Below are positions 28,122 through 38,144 of a DNA stretch of 64,000 nt, in pieces. The notes beneath the pieces were generated by a model. It saw nothing but the letters and a program-made list of their open reading frames with translations, was not told where the DNA came from and searched no databases. Every line of letters begins with the position of its first letter. Position 1 is the stretch's first letter. This DNA comes from Clostridia bacterium. GTDB lineage: Bacteria; Bacillota; Clostridia; Oscillospirales; CAG-272. The stretch spans positions 11,743-75,742 of the forward strand of contig JAFVRO010000017.1 in the NCBI GenBank assembly GCA_017504205.1, in the 5' to 3' direction. The translations under genes were made by a program, and so were the position numbers.

Positions 28122-29204
28122 ATGTCATACGAACTCAGCAGCTCAGTAATAAAGCAGATAGAAAAATTCTGTAAGAACAAACCGAATATAACACTTACGG
28201 TCGGAATACTCGACGGAAATGAAGAGAACTATCTTTCCTTTACGGACGGCGGCTCTCAGCTTGAACGGGATACCTCGGACAAGGCGTACGAAATCGGATC
28301 TATTACCAAGGTGTTTACCGCAGTGCTGATGGCGAAGCTTATCAGAGACGGTAAGGCTGAGCTTACGACCTCGATCGCTCCGTATATCGGCGTTAAAAAT
28401 ACGCAATATTATTATCCCACGCTTGAAAGGCTTGCCTCACACACGTCGGGGCTTGGCGATGCCCCACTGTCCGCTATCAAGCTTATAGGACAGGTTGTGT
28501 CCGGCGTTGGCAGAAAAAAGAATATCTATTCGGGCATAAACGGTAAAAAGCTTGAAAAAAAACTCCGTGAGTTGAACCTTGCTCCTACCTCATATCCTAC
28601 AAAGTATTCCCACTACGGTATCGCCACCCTCGGATACGTCCTCGGCAAAATTGATGGCAGAGGCTATAAGGCCGCTATCGAAGAGCTTTGCTCAAAGGAT
28701 CTTGGACTTGAGAATACCGTCTACGGTCTGCCTTCGACAGAATGCGGACATACCGCTACCGGAAGCGAATTCCCGGGCTGGGTGTGGACAGAAAAGGATG
28801 CCCTTGCCCCCTCGGACTGTCTGGCATCGACCGCTCGCGATATGATAAAATTCGCAAGAGCTAACCTTTCCGATGAATTCGATTGGATGAAAATATGTCA
28901 CGAGGTACGTTCTGAGTATGACGATTACGATAATTTCGGATTTGGCTTTATCATCAGAGCCGATAACGGTGTACTTTGGCACAACGGATCAACAGGCGTA
29001 TATAGCTCCTTCCTCGGCATAGACAGAGCTACGGGAAAGGCTATAGTTCTGCTCTCTGACTATGAGCATAAAACGGGAGAGAGCGGAGTCGACCGCATAG
29101 GATTTGAATTCCTTTGTCCCAAGCCCGTCAAGGCTGAAGATGATGAGTATGAAGAAGGCGACGAATACGAGGACGAGGAAGATTCTACCGAGGATAACGA
29201 ATAA
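28122..29204 (+). CDS. Serine hydrolase, beta-lactamase/PBP4* family, with acidic tail
   Basis: SITKVF (SxxK) and HTSGL motifs. C-terminal DDEYEEGDEYEDEED tail. Confidence 0.75.
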   Translation: MSYELSSSVIKQIEKFCKNKPNITLTVGILDGNEENYLSFTDGGSQLERDTSDKAYEIGSITKVFTAVLMAKLIRDGKAELTTSIAPYIGVKNTQYYYPTLERLASHTSGLGDAPLSAIKLIGQVVSGVGRKKNIYSGINGKKLEKKLRELNLAPTSYPTKYSHYGIATLGYVLGKIDGRGYKAAIEELCSKDLGLENTVYGLPSTECGHTATGSEFPGWVWTEKDALAPSDCLASTARDMIKFARANLSDEFDWMKICHEVRSEYDDYDNFGFGFIIRADNGVLWHNGSTGVYSSFLGIDRATGKAIVLLSDYEHKTGESGVDRIGFEFLCPKPVKAEDDEYEEGDEYEDEEDSTEDNE

Positions 29205-29216
29205 CAAATCAAAAAT

Positions 29217-29247
29217 GTCCCCACCGTGTGCGGTGGGGGCATTTTTT
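29217..29247. terminator. Bidirectional hairpin terminator between convergent genes
   Basis: ccccaccg-tgtg-cggtgggg followed by cattttttt; an A-run precedes it for the opposite strand. Confidence 0.7.
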
Positions 29248-30784
29248 ACGCAGATCTTTTATTGACCAGCGCAAGGAAGAAAATTGTCAGCATTGCTATG
29301 GAAATTGAACACCCGATGATCCCCGCAGTAACCGATACGGGGCGCGTCTCTTGCGTTGCCTGTACCTCAGGCTCTGTGCTCAGCCTTTCGTCAGGATCCG
29401 TTAAAGCATCTGTTACGTCGGTCATGTGGACGGTTTCGTGTATGGACGGCGCTTTGGGAAGCTCATAAGCCTCAAACAGTGCCGTTACGGTAGCGTCTCC
29501 CGTGGCGGCTGTGGGAAGCTCATCCCAGCCAACAAAAACGTAAAAGTATTTCTCGTCCTGCTCTCTGTGCGGAGAGGTCGGCGGATTTATACTTTCCATA
29601 TATTCAAGTCTTACTGACTCAATAATACTTCCATCGTAATTCCTGAATTCTACGGTGTAAACCGCCTTTTCCCATACGGCGTAAAGCTCAAGATTGCCGT
29701 TCAGAGTGTGCGTCTGTCCCGGAAAGTATACGATACTATCATCAGATACAGATGCCCATCCTTTGAATACGTGTCCTTCAAGCACAGGAATTGCGGTGGA
29801 AAGGGAAATGCTTTGTCCTTCCCGTACCGTTTGATCCGCACCTGAAAACTCACCGCCCCGCGCGTCATAGCTTATAACGAATTTGTCGTACGCGACGAGA
29901 TGCACATGTTTCATGGATATCCATCCCTTTTGTCCCTTGTAAGTTATCCTACCCCATCCATTGTCAATTTCTTCGACCTCTACCATAGTGCCTCGCGGCA
30001 AGGAGCCGATCATAGCATACGAGGTCGCAGGTCCGGATCTGAAATTCAACTCGGTGTCTGTTACATAATCTCCACCTCCGCTGTTGGAGGCAGAATAGTC
30101 GATGCGCCTGTCCTCATTTTCCTTGTAGTCGGGAATACCGTAGCCGACAATATAACTGTCATTCAGACGGTAGGAACGTATCCCTACCTCGCCACTTGTG
30201 TTTCCCTCAACGGTGTATACCTTTGAGCCGTCGGTGTATAAAACTATACCAACGTGTGATGAGGCACGGTTAACGTACGCATCCTTAAAAAATATAACGT
30301 CACCAAGACTTGGCATGTGACCGGAGGACCTCGTTTTGTAGGTGGAGCTTTGCTTGAACCACGTTATCCAGTTGCTGCAGCTCAAGTAAGACTTAACAAC
30401 GCTGTCATCAACACCCGCCTGCCTCATACACCACGAAACAAACGCGGCACACCAGGCATATCCATACTTGGCATCAATCGTCCCGAAGGCGTAGTTGTAT
30501 TCAACGTAGTTTCCGCTCCCTTTGGTGTTGGAGCCATTGAAGTCGTATGTACCGTTCCCCTCGTGATACCCAAGCTGAGACATAGCAACCATCGCAACGT
30601 CAGTTGGTTGGTCACCCGTCAGTTCAAGAGACGTGAGATTTGAGTAGAATCTTCCCGTTTTGTAGTTGGCTGAAACTCTTGTCGACGGCGTGAGTGCAGA
30701 CGCACCCGTAATAAATACCGCACAGCAAATGAGTATAGCCGCAAGCGCGGAAAGCCACCTCAAACAAAACCCATTAGCTTTCAT
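29246..30784 (-). CDS. Secreted CHAP-domain peptidoglycan hydrolase with SH3b domain, Listeria-Bacteroides-type repeats and C-terminal TM anchor
   Basis: Signal peptide present. CHAP motifs YAWCAAFVSWC and SHVGIV. SH3b segment LNFRSGPATSYAMIGSLPRGTMVEVEE. Repeats with EGHVFKGWA / YVFVGWD. Hydrophobic C-terminus. Confidence 0.8.
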   Translation of the reverse strand: MKANGFCLRWLSALAAILICCAVFITGASALTPSTRVSANYKTGRFYSNLTSLELTGDQPTDVAMVAMSQLGYHEGNGTYDFNGSNTKGSGNYVEYNYAFGTIDAKYGYAWCAAFVSWCMRQAGVDDSVVKSYLSCSNWITWFKQSSTYKTRSSGHMPSLGDVIFFKDAYVNRASSHVGIVLYTDGSKVYTVEGNTSGEVGIRSYRLNDSYIVGYGIPDYKENEDRRIDYSASNSGGGDYVTDTELNFRSGPATSYAMIGSLPRGTMVEVEEIDNGWGRITYKGQKGWISMKHVHLVAYDKFVISYDARGGEFSGADQTVREGQSISLSTAIPVLEGHVFKGWASVSDDSIVYFPGQTHTLNGNLELYAVWEKAVYTVEFRNYDGSIIESVRLEYMESINPPTSPHREQDEKYFYVFVGWDELPTAATGDATVTALFEAYELPKAPSIHETVHMTDVTDALTDPDERLSTEPEVQATQETRPVSVTAGIIGCSISIAMLTIFFLALVNKRSA

Positions 30785-30900
30785 TATATCATCCTTTCTT
30801 TAGTTTATATGTCGCATACAGGTGTTGTGACTCGATTATAACATATGAAAAACTCCTTGTAAACCCCGTTTCAGGCGTTTTTGACGTGTAATTTATTCCA

Positions 30901-30947
30901 AAAAAGTATAAAAAAGGACCCGGATCCAATACTTTGTATCCGAGTCT
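30901..30947 (-). terminator. Putative rho-independent terminator of the CoA-ligase gene
   Basis: On the minus strand: agactcggat-loop-atccgggtc (one mismatch) followed by cttttttatactttttt. Confidence 0.5.
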
Positions 30948-30982
30948 TATATAATTTTCCTTTTACGGAAAACTCTGCCGTA

Positions 30983-32692
30983 TTATTTAATACCTTGACG
31001 GATGATCTTCTTCGAGGTCGTCTTGGGGAACTCCTTGTCAACAAACTCGACCTTCTGGATTCTCTTGTATCCCGTAAGCTTCTTGTTGAGTGCGGTAATC
31101 TTCTTGCGGATCAGCTCCTCAGCTTCCTCCTTGGATGTGTCGCCAAGAACTACCGAGTTAGGATAGCATACCGCTACAAGCGTGATCGCATCACTGTCCT
31201 CAGCCTTTCTGCCAACAACTACACATTCAGCAATCTCCTCGATCTGTCCAAGATATTCCTCGATCTCCTCGGGGAATACATTTTTACCGTTTTCCATAAC
31301 GATAACGAACTTCTTTCGACCGGTAATGTAAATGTAACCGTCTTCGTCCATATATCCGAGGTCGCCCGTTCTGAAATAACCGTCTTCAGTGAATACTGCA
31401 GCAGTCTCCTCAGGATTGTTGTAGTATCCAAGCATTACGTTGTCACCCTTAACGATGATCTCACCCTGCTTGTATCCCTTGTCGGATTCAGTTCCATCAT
31501 AATCTATCTTGACGTGACAGCAGCTTACCGCAGGACCAACCGATGAGGGCTTCGGCGCAAAGTATGGGCTGACCGAAATGAGAGGTGAGCATTCAGTGAT
31601 TCCGTATCCCTCATAAATGGAAATACCGAATTCCTTGAACTTATCTACCATATCGGGGTTGAGGGGCGCGCCTCCGCTTACGATCTTGTTGAGTCTGCCG
31701 CCAAATGCCGCAACTACATCCTTGAATATCTTCTCGCGTATATCAATTCCAACCTTACGAAGCGTCTTGGAAAGGGTGATACCTCTCATAAGATTCTTGT
31801 ACTTGCCCTGCTTCTTGGCGGTTTCAATGATCTTTTTATACATCGTGTTGATGAACAAAGGAACGAGAATAAGTCCCGTAGGCTTGAAAAGCGCGAAGTT
31901 CTTAAGCACCTTGCGCAGACTGTCGTTAATGCAGATCTCCATACCGTAGTTTGCTCCTGCAAGCATACAGCAAAGCTCATAGGTGTGATGTATCGGCAAT
32001 ACCGAAACCAGCACATCATCAGGGAAGAACTCAACGCATTCGCACGCAGAGTTAACTGCGGCACATACGTTCTGCTCGCAAAGCATTACGCATTTGCTCG
32101 TTCCCGTGGTTCCTGACGTAAAGAGCATTACGGACATTCTTCTCATGTCCTCGGGGTCGGGAAGCTCATATCCCTCCGCGACCTTTGTCTCGCCAAGCTT
32201 TAAAAGCTCTTTGAAGGATATAGCCTTTTCGTCAGATTCAAAAGCGCAGTCCGTAGGATCTACCATAATGAATTTTTTGAGAGTCGCGTGCTCCTTTACC
32301 ATAGGCTCAAGCTTTTGGTTGAAACTCTTGGAAAAGATAATAGCCTCTGCCTCAACTCCCGTGAGGAATCCGTCTATCTGGGATATCTCAAGCTCCTTGT
32401 CCATAGGAATGGCAACACCGCCCATTGCGATTACCGCAACGTAGGACGCAACCCATTCGGGAGAGGTCTCCCCGATGATCGCAATCCTCTTTCCCTTAAG
32501 TCCAAGCGCCGTAAGACCCGCGGCCTCCTTTACAACCAGATTTGAAAAATTTTTATAAGTGAGTGTAGCGATGTTCTTGTCCGTGTCGTAGTATTTAAAC
32601 ATTATCTTGTCGCCGTGCTCGGTAAGCTTGAGCGCAAGGTGCTTGATACTGTCGACCTTAGTAAATATTCTTTCCGTCTTCTTGGGCTTCAT
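30983..32692 (-). CDS. Long-chain fatty-acid--CoA ligase (AMP-binding family)
   Basis: LFTSGTTGTSKCVML, YGITE and TGDLGYMDEDGYIYITGRKK motifs. Confidence 0.85.
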   Translation of the reverse strand: MKPKKTERIFTKVDSIKHLALKLTEHGDKIMFKYYDTDKNIATLTYKNFSNLVVKEAAGLTALGLKGKRIAIIGETSPEWVASYVAVIAMGGVAIPMDKELEISQIDGFLTGVEAEAIIFSKSFNQKLEPMVKEHATLKKFIMVDPTDCAFESDEKAISFKELLKLGETKVAEGYELPDPEDMRRMSVMLFTSGTTGTSKCVMLCEQNVCAAVNSACECVEFFPDDVLVSVLPIHHTYELCCMLAGANYGMEICINDSLRKVLKNFALFKPTGLILVPLFINTMYKKIIETAKKQGKYKNLMRGITLSKTLRKVGIDIREKIFKDVVAAFGGRLNKIVSGGAPLNPDMVDKFKEFGISIYEGYGITECSPLISVSPYFAPKPSSVGPAVSCCHVKIDYDGTESDKGYKQGEIIVKGDNVMLGYYNNPEETAAVFTEDGYFRTGDLGYMDEDGYIYITGRKKFVIVMENGKNVFPEEIEEYLGQIEEIAECVVVGRKAEDSDAITLVAVCYPNSVVLGDTSKEEAEELIRKKITALNKKLTGYKRIQKVEFVDKEFPKTTSKKIIRQGIK

Positions 32693-32895
32693 CGTTTAGT
32701 CTCCAATCAATAAATTTTAAAAATTAACTTTTTGTGCTTGACAAGCGTCCGCAAATGTGTTAATATCTTTTTGAATACGGTACCAACTTGCGGAATCATA
32801 CCCACAAATTGGCATACAAACTATATTATATATTACTTTTACAACTTTGTCAAGTGAAAAGTGCATTAACTAATTAAATCGGAGTATAAATTATT

Positions 32896-33498
32896 ATGAA
32901 CAAAATAAAATGGAAGGGCGGAGCGCTTATAGCTCCGCTTCCCGCAGTAATGGTCAGCTGTGCCGATAAAGACGGAAATCAAGCCAATATAATAACCGTT
33001 GCATGGACGGGAATAATCAACACCGTACCGCCTAAGACTTATATATCCGTAAGACCTAAAAGACACTCGTATAGTCTTATAAAAGAAAGCGGAGAGTTTA
33101 CTATCAATCTCACGTCCGCAGCTCTTGCAGGATCAACGGATTTTTGCGGAATGTATACCGGTCGCAAGGTGGATAAATTCAAAAAGTGCGGACTTACCGC
33201 GCAGGAGGGCTCTGAAAACCGTTGCCCCATGATAGCAGAATGCCCGATAAGCCTTGAATGTAAGGTCACGGATGTTATACCAATGGGAACTCACGATATG
33301 TTCCTTGCCGATATAGTTGCAACCCACGTCCGTGAGGATCTTATCGACGCGTCGGGAAAGCTGCACATGGAAAAAGCAGACCTTATGGCGTACGCACACG
33401 GCGAATACTTCGCACTTGGTAAAAGACTCGGTAGCTTCGGCTTTTCCGCCGTTAAAAAAACCAAGAAGCAAGGTAAAAAGCCGGGCGTCGGAAAATAA
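32896..33498 (+). CDS. Flavin reductase-like (FMN-binding split barrel) protein
   Basis: NIITVAWTGIINTVPPKTYISVRPKRHSYSLIKESGEFTINL is typical of the flavin reductase domain. Basic C-terminal tail. Confidence 0.75.
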   Translation: MNKIKWKGGALIAPLPAVMVSCADKDGNQANIITVAWTGIINTVPPKTYISVRPKRHSYSLIKESGEFTINLTSAALAGSTDFCGMYTGRKVDKFKKCGLTAQEGSENRCPMIAECPISLECKVTDVIPMGTHDMFLADIVATHVREDLIDASGKLHMEKADLMAYAHGEYFALGKRLGSFGFSAVKKTKKQGKKPGVGK

Positions 33499-33542
33499 TA
33501 ACAAGGTGCAGAGACGGATATGCCCGGCTCTGCACCGCTCTG

Positions 33543-35099
33543 TTAATTGAAATGTATGCCCGTAGCTTTCTTACTTGTCACCACGATAGGAAGCTCACTT
33601 GTAAAACGTATTCCAAACGGTGCGTTCTCGGGAATACCGCGTTTTTTTATGGTAAAGCTGTTGTGTTTCACCGTATCGTGATCAACGTCATCGCCGGTTA
33701 CATTTATGCGCCGTAGAGTAAGCTGGGGAACGGTTGTCAGGATCCCACGTATTGCCTGCGGTCTGCCGTCAAAGAAAAGCTCAATCCAGATCTTTGTCTC
33801 AAGATGCGTCATGTTGAGAATAGAAAACTCAAAGTCCTCAGGACATGAGGAGTTGAGGTCGGAGAATACCCAGGTACGCGCACCGTTTGAACACTCTCCT
33901 CTGCGTATCTTTTCATCAAGCTCACGCCTTTTGCAGTCGGGTGCCTTGTAGGGAAGGGTGATCGTACGTTGCGTCGCGCCTGTGATGAACTCCTTAACAC
34001 AAGGCATCATCATAATGTGCTTGGGTGCGCGACGGAATGTGCTACATGATACAAAGCCGGTTGTCTCGTGGGTGGGGAAGAGGCAGACCTCGGGGCGGAT
34101 TAACTCATATCCGCATATTTCCCCTTCGGGACTTCCGCTTCCAAAGCCGTGATGGGGAATCTGCAGAATATCGGATTTCAGATACGTTCCGTGCTTCTTT
34201 GCAATCTTTGTCGTACTGAAGGCAGCGTCGGAGGCCCATAAAATTACCTGACCGCCAAGCTCCATACGAACAATTACGGAGGTCGCATTTATGTGCTTGG
34301 AACGGTGTATCGTGTCATCCATGCATGAAAGGATCTCGCATTTTGCATCACCAATCTGATATTGCTGGCCCGTGTGAAGCGTGTAAAGTGGTGCGCCACT
34401 CTGCTCGATCAACTCGAATAAACGGTCGATTTGGGTATATCTTAAAGGCGCATCAGGAGCTTCGGCTGCAGGAACTAATGCAGGATAATGCTCTGTATCG
34501 TCGGCATTTGGGAAGTTCAGCATAAATCGCTGAATATCAACAAGGTCAGAATACCTCGGTAAGAATTCAAGTATACCGTGAAAATGATCACTGTGTGGAT
34601 GCGTGATTATCCAGGATGCTATAATGGGTTTCTTAAAGGGAGAGCCGTCAACAAGACATTTGAACAGTTTTTCAGACTCCTCTTCATAATTGTATCCGCC
34701 GTCGATAACTATAAATCTTCCGTCGGAAAGTCGGATAACGTAAGAGCAACCGTATAACAAGAGCTCGACCTGCGTTATCTGAGGCTCAACGATAGGCTTG
34801 CCCGCAACGTCCTGATATGAGTGATATATGCTTTTTTCGTCGCGGACTATCATAAGCTCCTTCAACTGCGAGTAATAGTTCATAAAGAAAGCGCAGTCGC
34901 CGTCAACGAAGGATGCATACCAATGCGTATCCCTTTTAAAATATTCTTTTTGTGCATATCCGTTTTTTACGAACAGATCCCAATAAGCGTTGAATAAGTC
35001 GTCTTCAGCCTTTGATATGACAAAGACACGGGATGAATCGTTTTCACGGTTATCTGCATATACGGTTTCACCAAATGCCGGAATAATGATTTCTTCCAT
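33543..35099 (-). CDS. MBL-fold metallo-hydrolase family protein with additional N- and C-terminal domains
   Basis: WIITHPHSDHFHG (HxHxDH) and a later IPHHG motif. Confidence 0.7.
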   Translation of the reverse strand: MEEIIIPAFGETVYADNRENDSSRVFVISKAEDDLFNAYWDLFVKNGYAQKEYFKRDTHWYASFVDGDCAFFMNYYSQLKELMIVRDEKSIYHSYQDVAGKPIVEPQITQVELLLYGCSYVIRLSDGRFIVIDGGYNYEEESEKLFKCLVDGSPFKKPIIASWIITHPHSDHFHGILEFLPRYSDLVDIQRFMLNFPNADDTEHYPALVPAAEAPDAPLRYTQIDRLFELIEQSGAPLYTLHTGQQYQIGDAKCEILSCMDDTIHRSKHINATSVIVRMELGGQVILWASDAAFSTTKIAKKHGTYLKSDILQIPHHGFGSGSPEGEICGYELIRPEVCLFPTHETTGFVSCSTFRRAPKHIMMMPCVKEFITGATQRTITLPYKAPDCKRRELDEKIRRGECSNGARTWVFSDLNSSCPEDFEFSILNMTHLETKIWIELFFDGRPQAIRGILTTVPQLTLRRINVTGDDVDHDTVKHNSFTIKKRGIPENAPFGIRFTSELPIVVTSKKATGIHFN

Positions 35100-35177
35100 A
35101 TTCTATTTCCTTTCTGTCGAATAGCAAGAACAATAATTCGGACTTATATATCCTTGTCCAAGCAATTAATTAACAAA

Positions 35178-35206
35178 AGTATATCACAATTGCCAAGTCT
35201 TGTCAA
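35178..35206 (-). promoter_or_regulatory. Putative promoter for the MBL-fold gene (proximal copy)
   Basis: Minus strand: TTGACA - 17 nt - TATACT with TGn. Confidence 0.55.
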
Positions 35207-35279
35207 TAGACAATCCGCGCTTCGAACAGTGCCGTAAATGTGATAATATTTCTTTTTTTAGATAATTTGATAATATATC

Positions 35280-35308
35280 TTGAAAAAAATATACATATAT
35301 GATAAAAT
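35280..35308 (+). promoter_or_regulatory. Putative promoter, distal copy, for the flavin reductase-deoD-deoB-mtlD block
   Basis: TTGAAA - 17 nt - TAAAAT with TGn (atgaTAAAAT). Confidence 0.5.
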
Positions 35309-35371
35309 AAAGTGAATAATTGCGTTGCACATCATATACTGAATACAGACGCATCGCATTTAATTAACAAA

Positions 35372-35400
35372 AGTATATCACAATTGCCAAGTCTTGTCAA
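35372..35400 (-). promoter_or_regulatory. Duplicate of the minus-strand promoter (distal copy)
   Basis: Same sequence as 35178-35206, shifted by 194 bp. Confidence 0.5.
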
Positions 35401-35487
35401 TAGACAATCCGCGCTTCGAACAGTGCCGTAAATGTGATAATATTTCTTTTTTTAAGTAATTTTTTTTAAGTAATTTGATAATATATC

Positions 35488-35516
35488 TTGAAAAAAATAT
35501 ACATATATGATAAAAT
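35488..35516 (+). promoter_or_regulatory. Putative promoter, proximal copy
   Basis: Identical TTGAAA - 17 nt - TAAAAT, about 95 nt upstream of the ATG at 35613. Confidence 0.55.
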
Positions 35517-35612
35517 AAAGTGAATAATTGCGTTGCACATCATATACTGAATACAGACGCATCGCATTTATTTGTGCGTACCTCATGTAAATTACAGTCT
35601 GGAGTGATTATT

Positions 35613-36158
35613 ATGAACAATATGGATTTTTGCCCTGAGCGCGACGGCTTTGTAAGTGTAGACCCATATAAGCTGACGGACCTCAACCCCTTTTCCAAAA
35701 TCGGTAAGGAGTGGATGCTCATAACCGCAAAGGATGATAAAAACGGAGCAAACGCAATGACTGCAAGCTGGGGCGGCGTAGGCGTGCTCTGGAATAAGCC
35801 CGTAGCCTTTTGTTTCGTGCGGCCTCAGAGATATACATTTGGACTGACCGAAACGCAGGATACGGTTTCACTGTGCTTCCTCGGCGAGGAATACCGACAC
35901 ACGCATAAAATATTCGGTTCCGAAAGCGGAAGGGATACTGCCAAGATCAGTAAAGCTGGCGTAAGTCTTAAGTTTGAAGGCGATACCCCCGTGATAACGG
36001 AGTCAAACACCGTTCTCATCGGACGCAAGCTTTATTGCGACTATTTGCGCGATGCCTCCTTTACCGACACCGAGGTCAGAGACAAATGCTACCCCGAAAA
36101 GGACTATCACAGAGTATACGTTTACGAGATAGTAGCCGCCTATATCAGAAAACAGTAA
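35613..36158 (+). CDS. Flavin reductase-like domain protein
   Basis: The ATG follows a GGAG RBS. NAMTASWGGVGVLWNKPVAFCFVRPQRYT is typical of the family. The GTG at 35520 in the ORF track lies inside the duplicated promoter unit. Confidence 0.7.
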   Translation: MNNMDFCPERDGFVSVDPYKLTDLNPFSKIGKEWMLITAKDDKNGANAMTASWGGVGVLWNKPVAFCFVRPQRYTFGLTETQDTVSLCFLGEEYRHTHKIFGSESGRDTAKISKAGVSLKFEGDTPVITESNTVLIGRKLYCDYLRDASFTDTEVRDKCYPEKDYHRVYVYEIVAAYIRKQ

Positions 36159-36210
36159 ATTAAGAATAAAAGAATTTATACTATAAACTATAAAATAAAG
36201 GAGAAATAAA

Positions 36211-36933
36211 ATGTCACTTTCTTATCCTACCCCCCACATAAAAGCTGAGCCCGCACAGATCGCCAAAACTGTGCTTATGCCCGGCGATCCCCTTCGTTCA
36301 CAGTTTATCGCCAAGACCTTCCTTGAAAACGCAGTTCTCTTTAATAACGTAAGAGGCATTCAGGGATATACCGGAACCTATAAAGGAGAAAAGGTCTCCG
36401 TTATGGCAAGCGGAATGGGTATGCCATCTATCGGCATATACAGCTATGAGCTTTATTCCGCGTTTGGCGTGGAAAACATTTTCAGAATAGGCTCTGCAGG
36501 AGCACTCAGAAAAGAGGTCAATATCCGTGATATCGTTTTCGGTATGGGTGCCTGCACAAACTCCGCATACGTCAATCAGTATAACCTCCCCGGCTCATTC
36601 GCTCCCATTGCAAACTTCAGACTTCTCAGAGAAGGCGTTGAAATAGCTGAAAAAATGGGCCTGCGTTATCATGTCGGTAACCTCGTTTCATCCGATACTT
36701 TCTATAACGACGATAACTCTGTAAACGATAGTTGGGCAAAGATGGGCGTGCTTGCAGTTGAAATGGAGGCGGCAGCACTCTATATGAACGCCGCAAGACT
36801 CGGCAAAAACGCACTCGCTCTCTGCACCATATCCGATAGCCTCGTAACCCACGAAGCCCTCAGCGCAGAGGAAAGACAGAACACTTTCACGGAAATGATG
36901 GAGCTCGCTCTTGAGCTTGCTATAAAACAGTAA
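36211..36933 (+). CDS. deoD: Purine nucleoside phosphorylase
   Basis: TPHIKAEPAQIAKTVLMPGDPLRSQFIAKTFLE..NVRGIQGYTGTYKGEKVSVMASGMGMPS is collinear with E. coli DeoD. Confidence 0.9.
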   Translation: MSLSYPTPHIKAEPAQIAKTVLMPGDPLRSQFIAKTFLENAVLFNNVRGIQGYTGTYKGEKVSVMASGMGMPSIGIYSYELYSAFGVENIFRIGSAGALRKEVNIRDIVFGMGACTNSAYVNQYNLPGSFAPIANFRLLREGVEIAEKMGLRYHVGNLVSSDTFYNDDNSVNDSWAKMGVLAVEMEAAALYMNAARLGKNALALCTISDSLVTHEALSAEERQNTFTEMMELALELAIKQ

Positions 36934-36938
36934 ATGCT

Positions 36939-38117
36939 ATGAAAAAAAACGGTATTAAAAGAGTTTTTCTCATCGTCCTTGACAGTGTCGGAGTAGGTGA
37001 GCTTCCCGATGCCGAAAGGTTTGGCGATAAAGGCTCGGACACGATGAGAGCGATCTTTGCATCGCCCAAATTCCATATTCCCAACCTTTTGAAAATGGGA
37101 CTTGGAAATATAGAAGGAATAGATTACCTTGAAAAGACCGACCTGCCCCTTGCCGCAGTTGCAAAGATGGCAGAGCAGTCCAACGGTAAGGATACAACAA
37201 TAGGACACTGGGAAATAGCAGGTGTTGTTTCAGAAACGCCGCTTCCCACATACCCCGATGGATTCCCATCCGAGGTGCTCGATGAATTCACAAGACAGAC
37301 CGGCAGAGGAGTACTTTGCAATCTTCCGTATTCCGGTACGGACGTAATAAGAGATTACGGTGAGGAGCATATAAAAACAGGAAAGCTTATCGTCTATACT
37401 TCAGCAGACAGCGTTTTTCAGATTGCCGCCCATGAAGACGTGGTGGACGTTGAAACGCTTTATGAGTACTGCCGTATCGCACGAAAAATACTTGTCGGTA
37501 AGCACGCCGTGGGAAGAGTTATAGCCCGTCCCTTCGTTGGTAAGTATCCGAATTTCACACGAAGCGCAAAACGTCACGATTTCTCCGTAGAGCCTCCAAA
37601 GCCTACCATGCTTGATAGGATCAGAGATGCCGGACTCGATGTGATCTCTGTGGGAAAGATAAACGATATATTTGCAGGTAAGGGAATAACTGAGTTCACC
37701 TATACCCATTCCAACAAAGAGGGAATGGAGCTTGCCTCCGAATACGCCGAAAAGAGCTTTACGGGACTTTGCTTTGTGAACCTCGTTGACTTTGATATGA
37801 CCTTCGGTCACAGAAACGACGTTGACGGATACGCAAACGCATTGTCAGAATTTGACCTCTGGCTCGGTGAGTTCTGTAAAAAGATGAAGGATTCGGATGT
37901 TTTAATCGTTACTGCAGATCACGGATGTGATCCATCCACATCCAGTACAGATCATTCACGCGAATATACGCCGCTTGTTATCTTTGGCAACAAGATACTC
38001 CCCGTAAATCTCGGCGTACGAGCTACCTTCTCTGATATCGCCGCAACTGTAACAGATATCCTTGGAGTGCCTGCAACCGATGACGGCACCTCCTTTGCAG
38101 ATGACATCATAAAGTAA
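36939..38117 (+). CDS. deoB: Phosphopentomutase
   Basis: RVFLIVLDSVGVGELPDA, GKDTTIGHWE and VTADHGCDP motifs. Confidence 0.9.
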   Translation: MKKNGIKRVFLIVLDSVGVGELPDAERFGDKGSDTMRAIFASPKFHIPNLLKMGLGNIEGIDYLEKTDLPLAAVAKMAEQSNGKDTTIGHWEIAGVVSETPLPTYPDGFPSEVLDEFTRQTGRGVLCNLPYSGTDVIRDYGEEHIKTGKLIVYTSADSVFQIAAHEDVVDVETLYEYCRIARKILVGKHAVGRVIARPFVGKYPNFTRSAKRHDFSVEPPKPTMLDRIRDAGLDVISVGKINDIFAGKGITEFTYTHSNKEGMELASEYAEKSFTGLCFVNLVDFDMTFGHRNDVDGYANALSEFDLWLGEFCKKMKDSDVLIVTADHGCDPSTSSTDHSREYTPLVIFGNKILPVNLGVRATFSDIAATVTDILGVPATDDGTSFADDIIK

Positions 38118-38144
38118 TCTTATTAAACAGGAGAAAAAATAAAA

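Larger units (their letters stand above)
35167..35570. repeat. Tandem duplication (~194-bp unit, 2 copies) of a bidirectional promoter region
   Basis: Copy 1 (35167-35360) and copy 2 (35361-35570) read identical base for base. The only difference is tagataatttg versus taagtaattttttttaagtaatttg, a ~15-nt internal duplication in copy 2. Confidence 0.9.

Noticed and set aside
30881-31546. 221-aa plus-strand ORF antisense to the fatty-acid CoA ligase
   Set aside because: The opposite frame contains unambiguous AMP-binding motifs. This ORF is Leu/Ser/Val-rich shadow sequence and its start lies in a terminator region.
35520-35612. GTG-initiated N-terminal extension of the flavin reductase-like ORF
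   Set aside because: The extension lies inside the duplicated promoter unit, with the predicted TSS around 35523, and has no RBS. The ATG at 35613 follows GGAG and matches where family homology starts.
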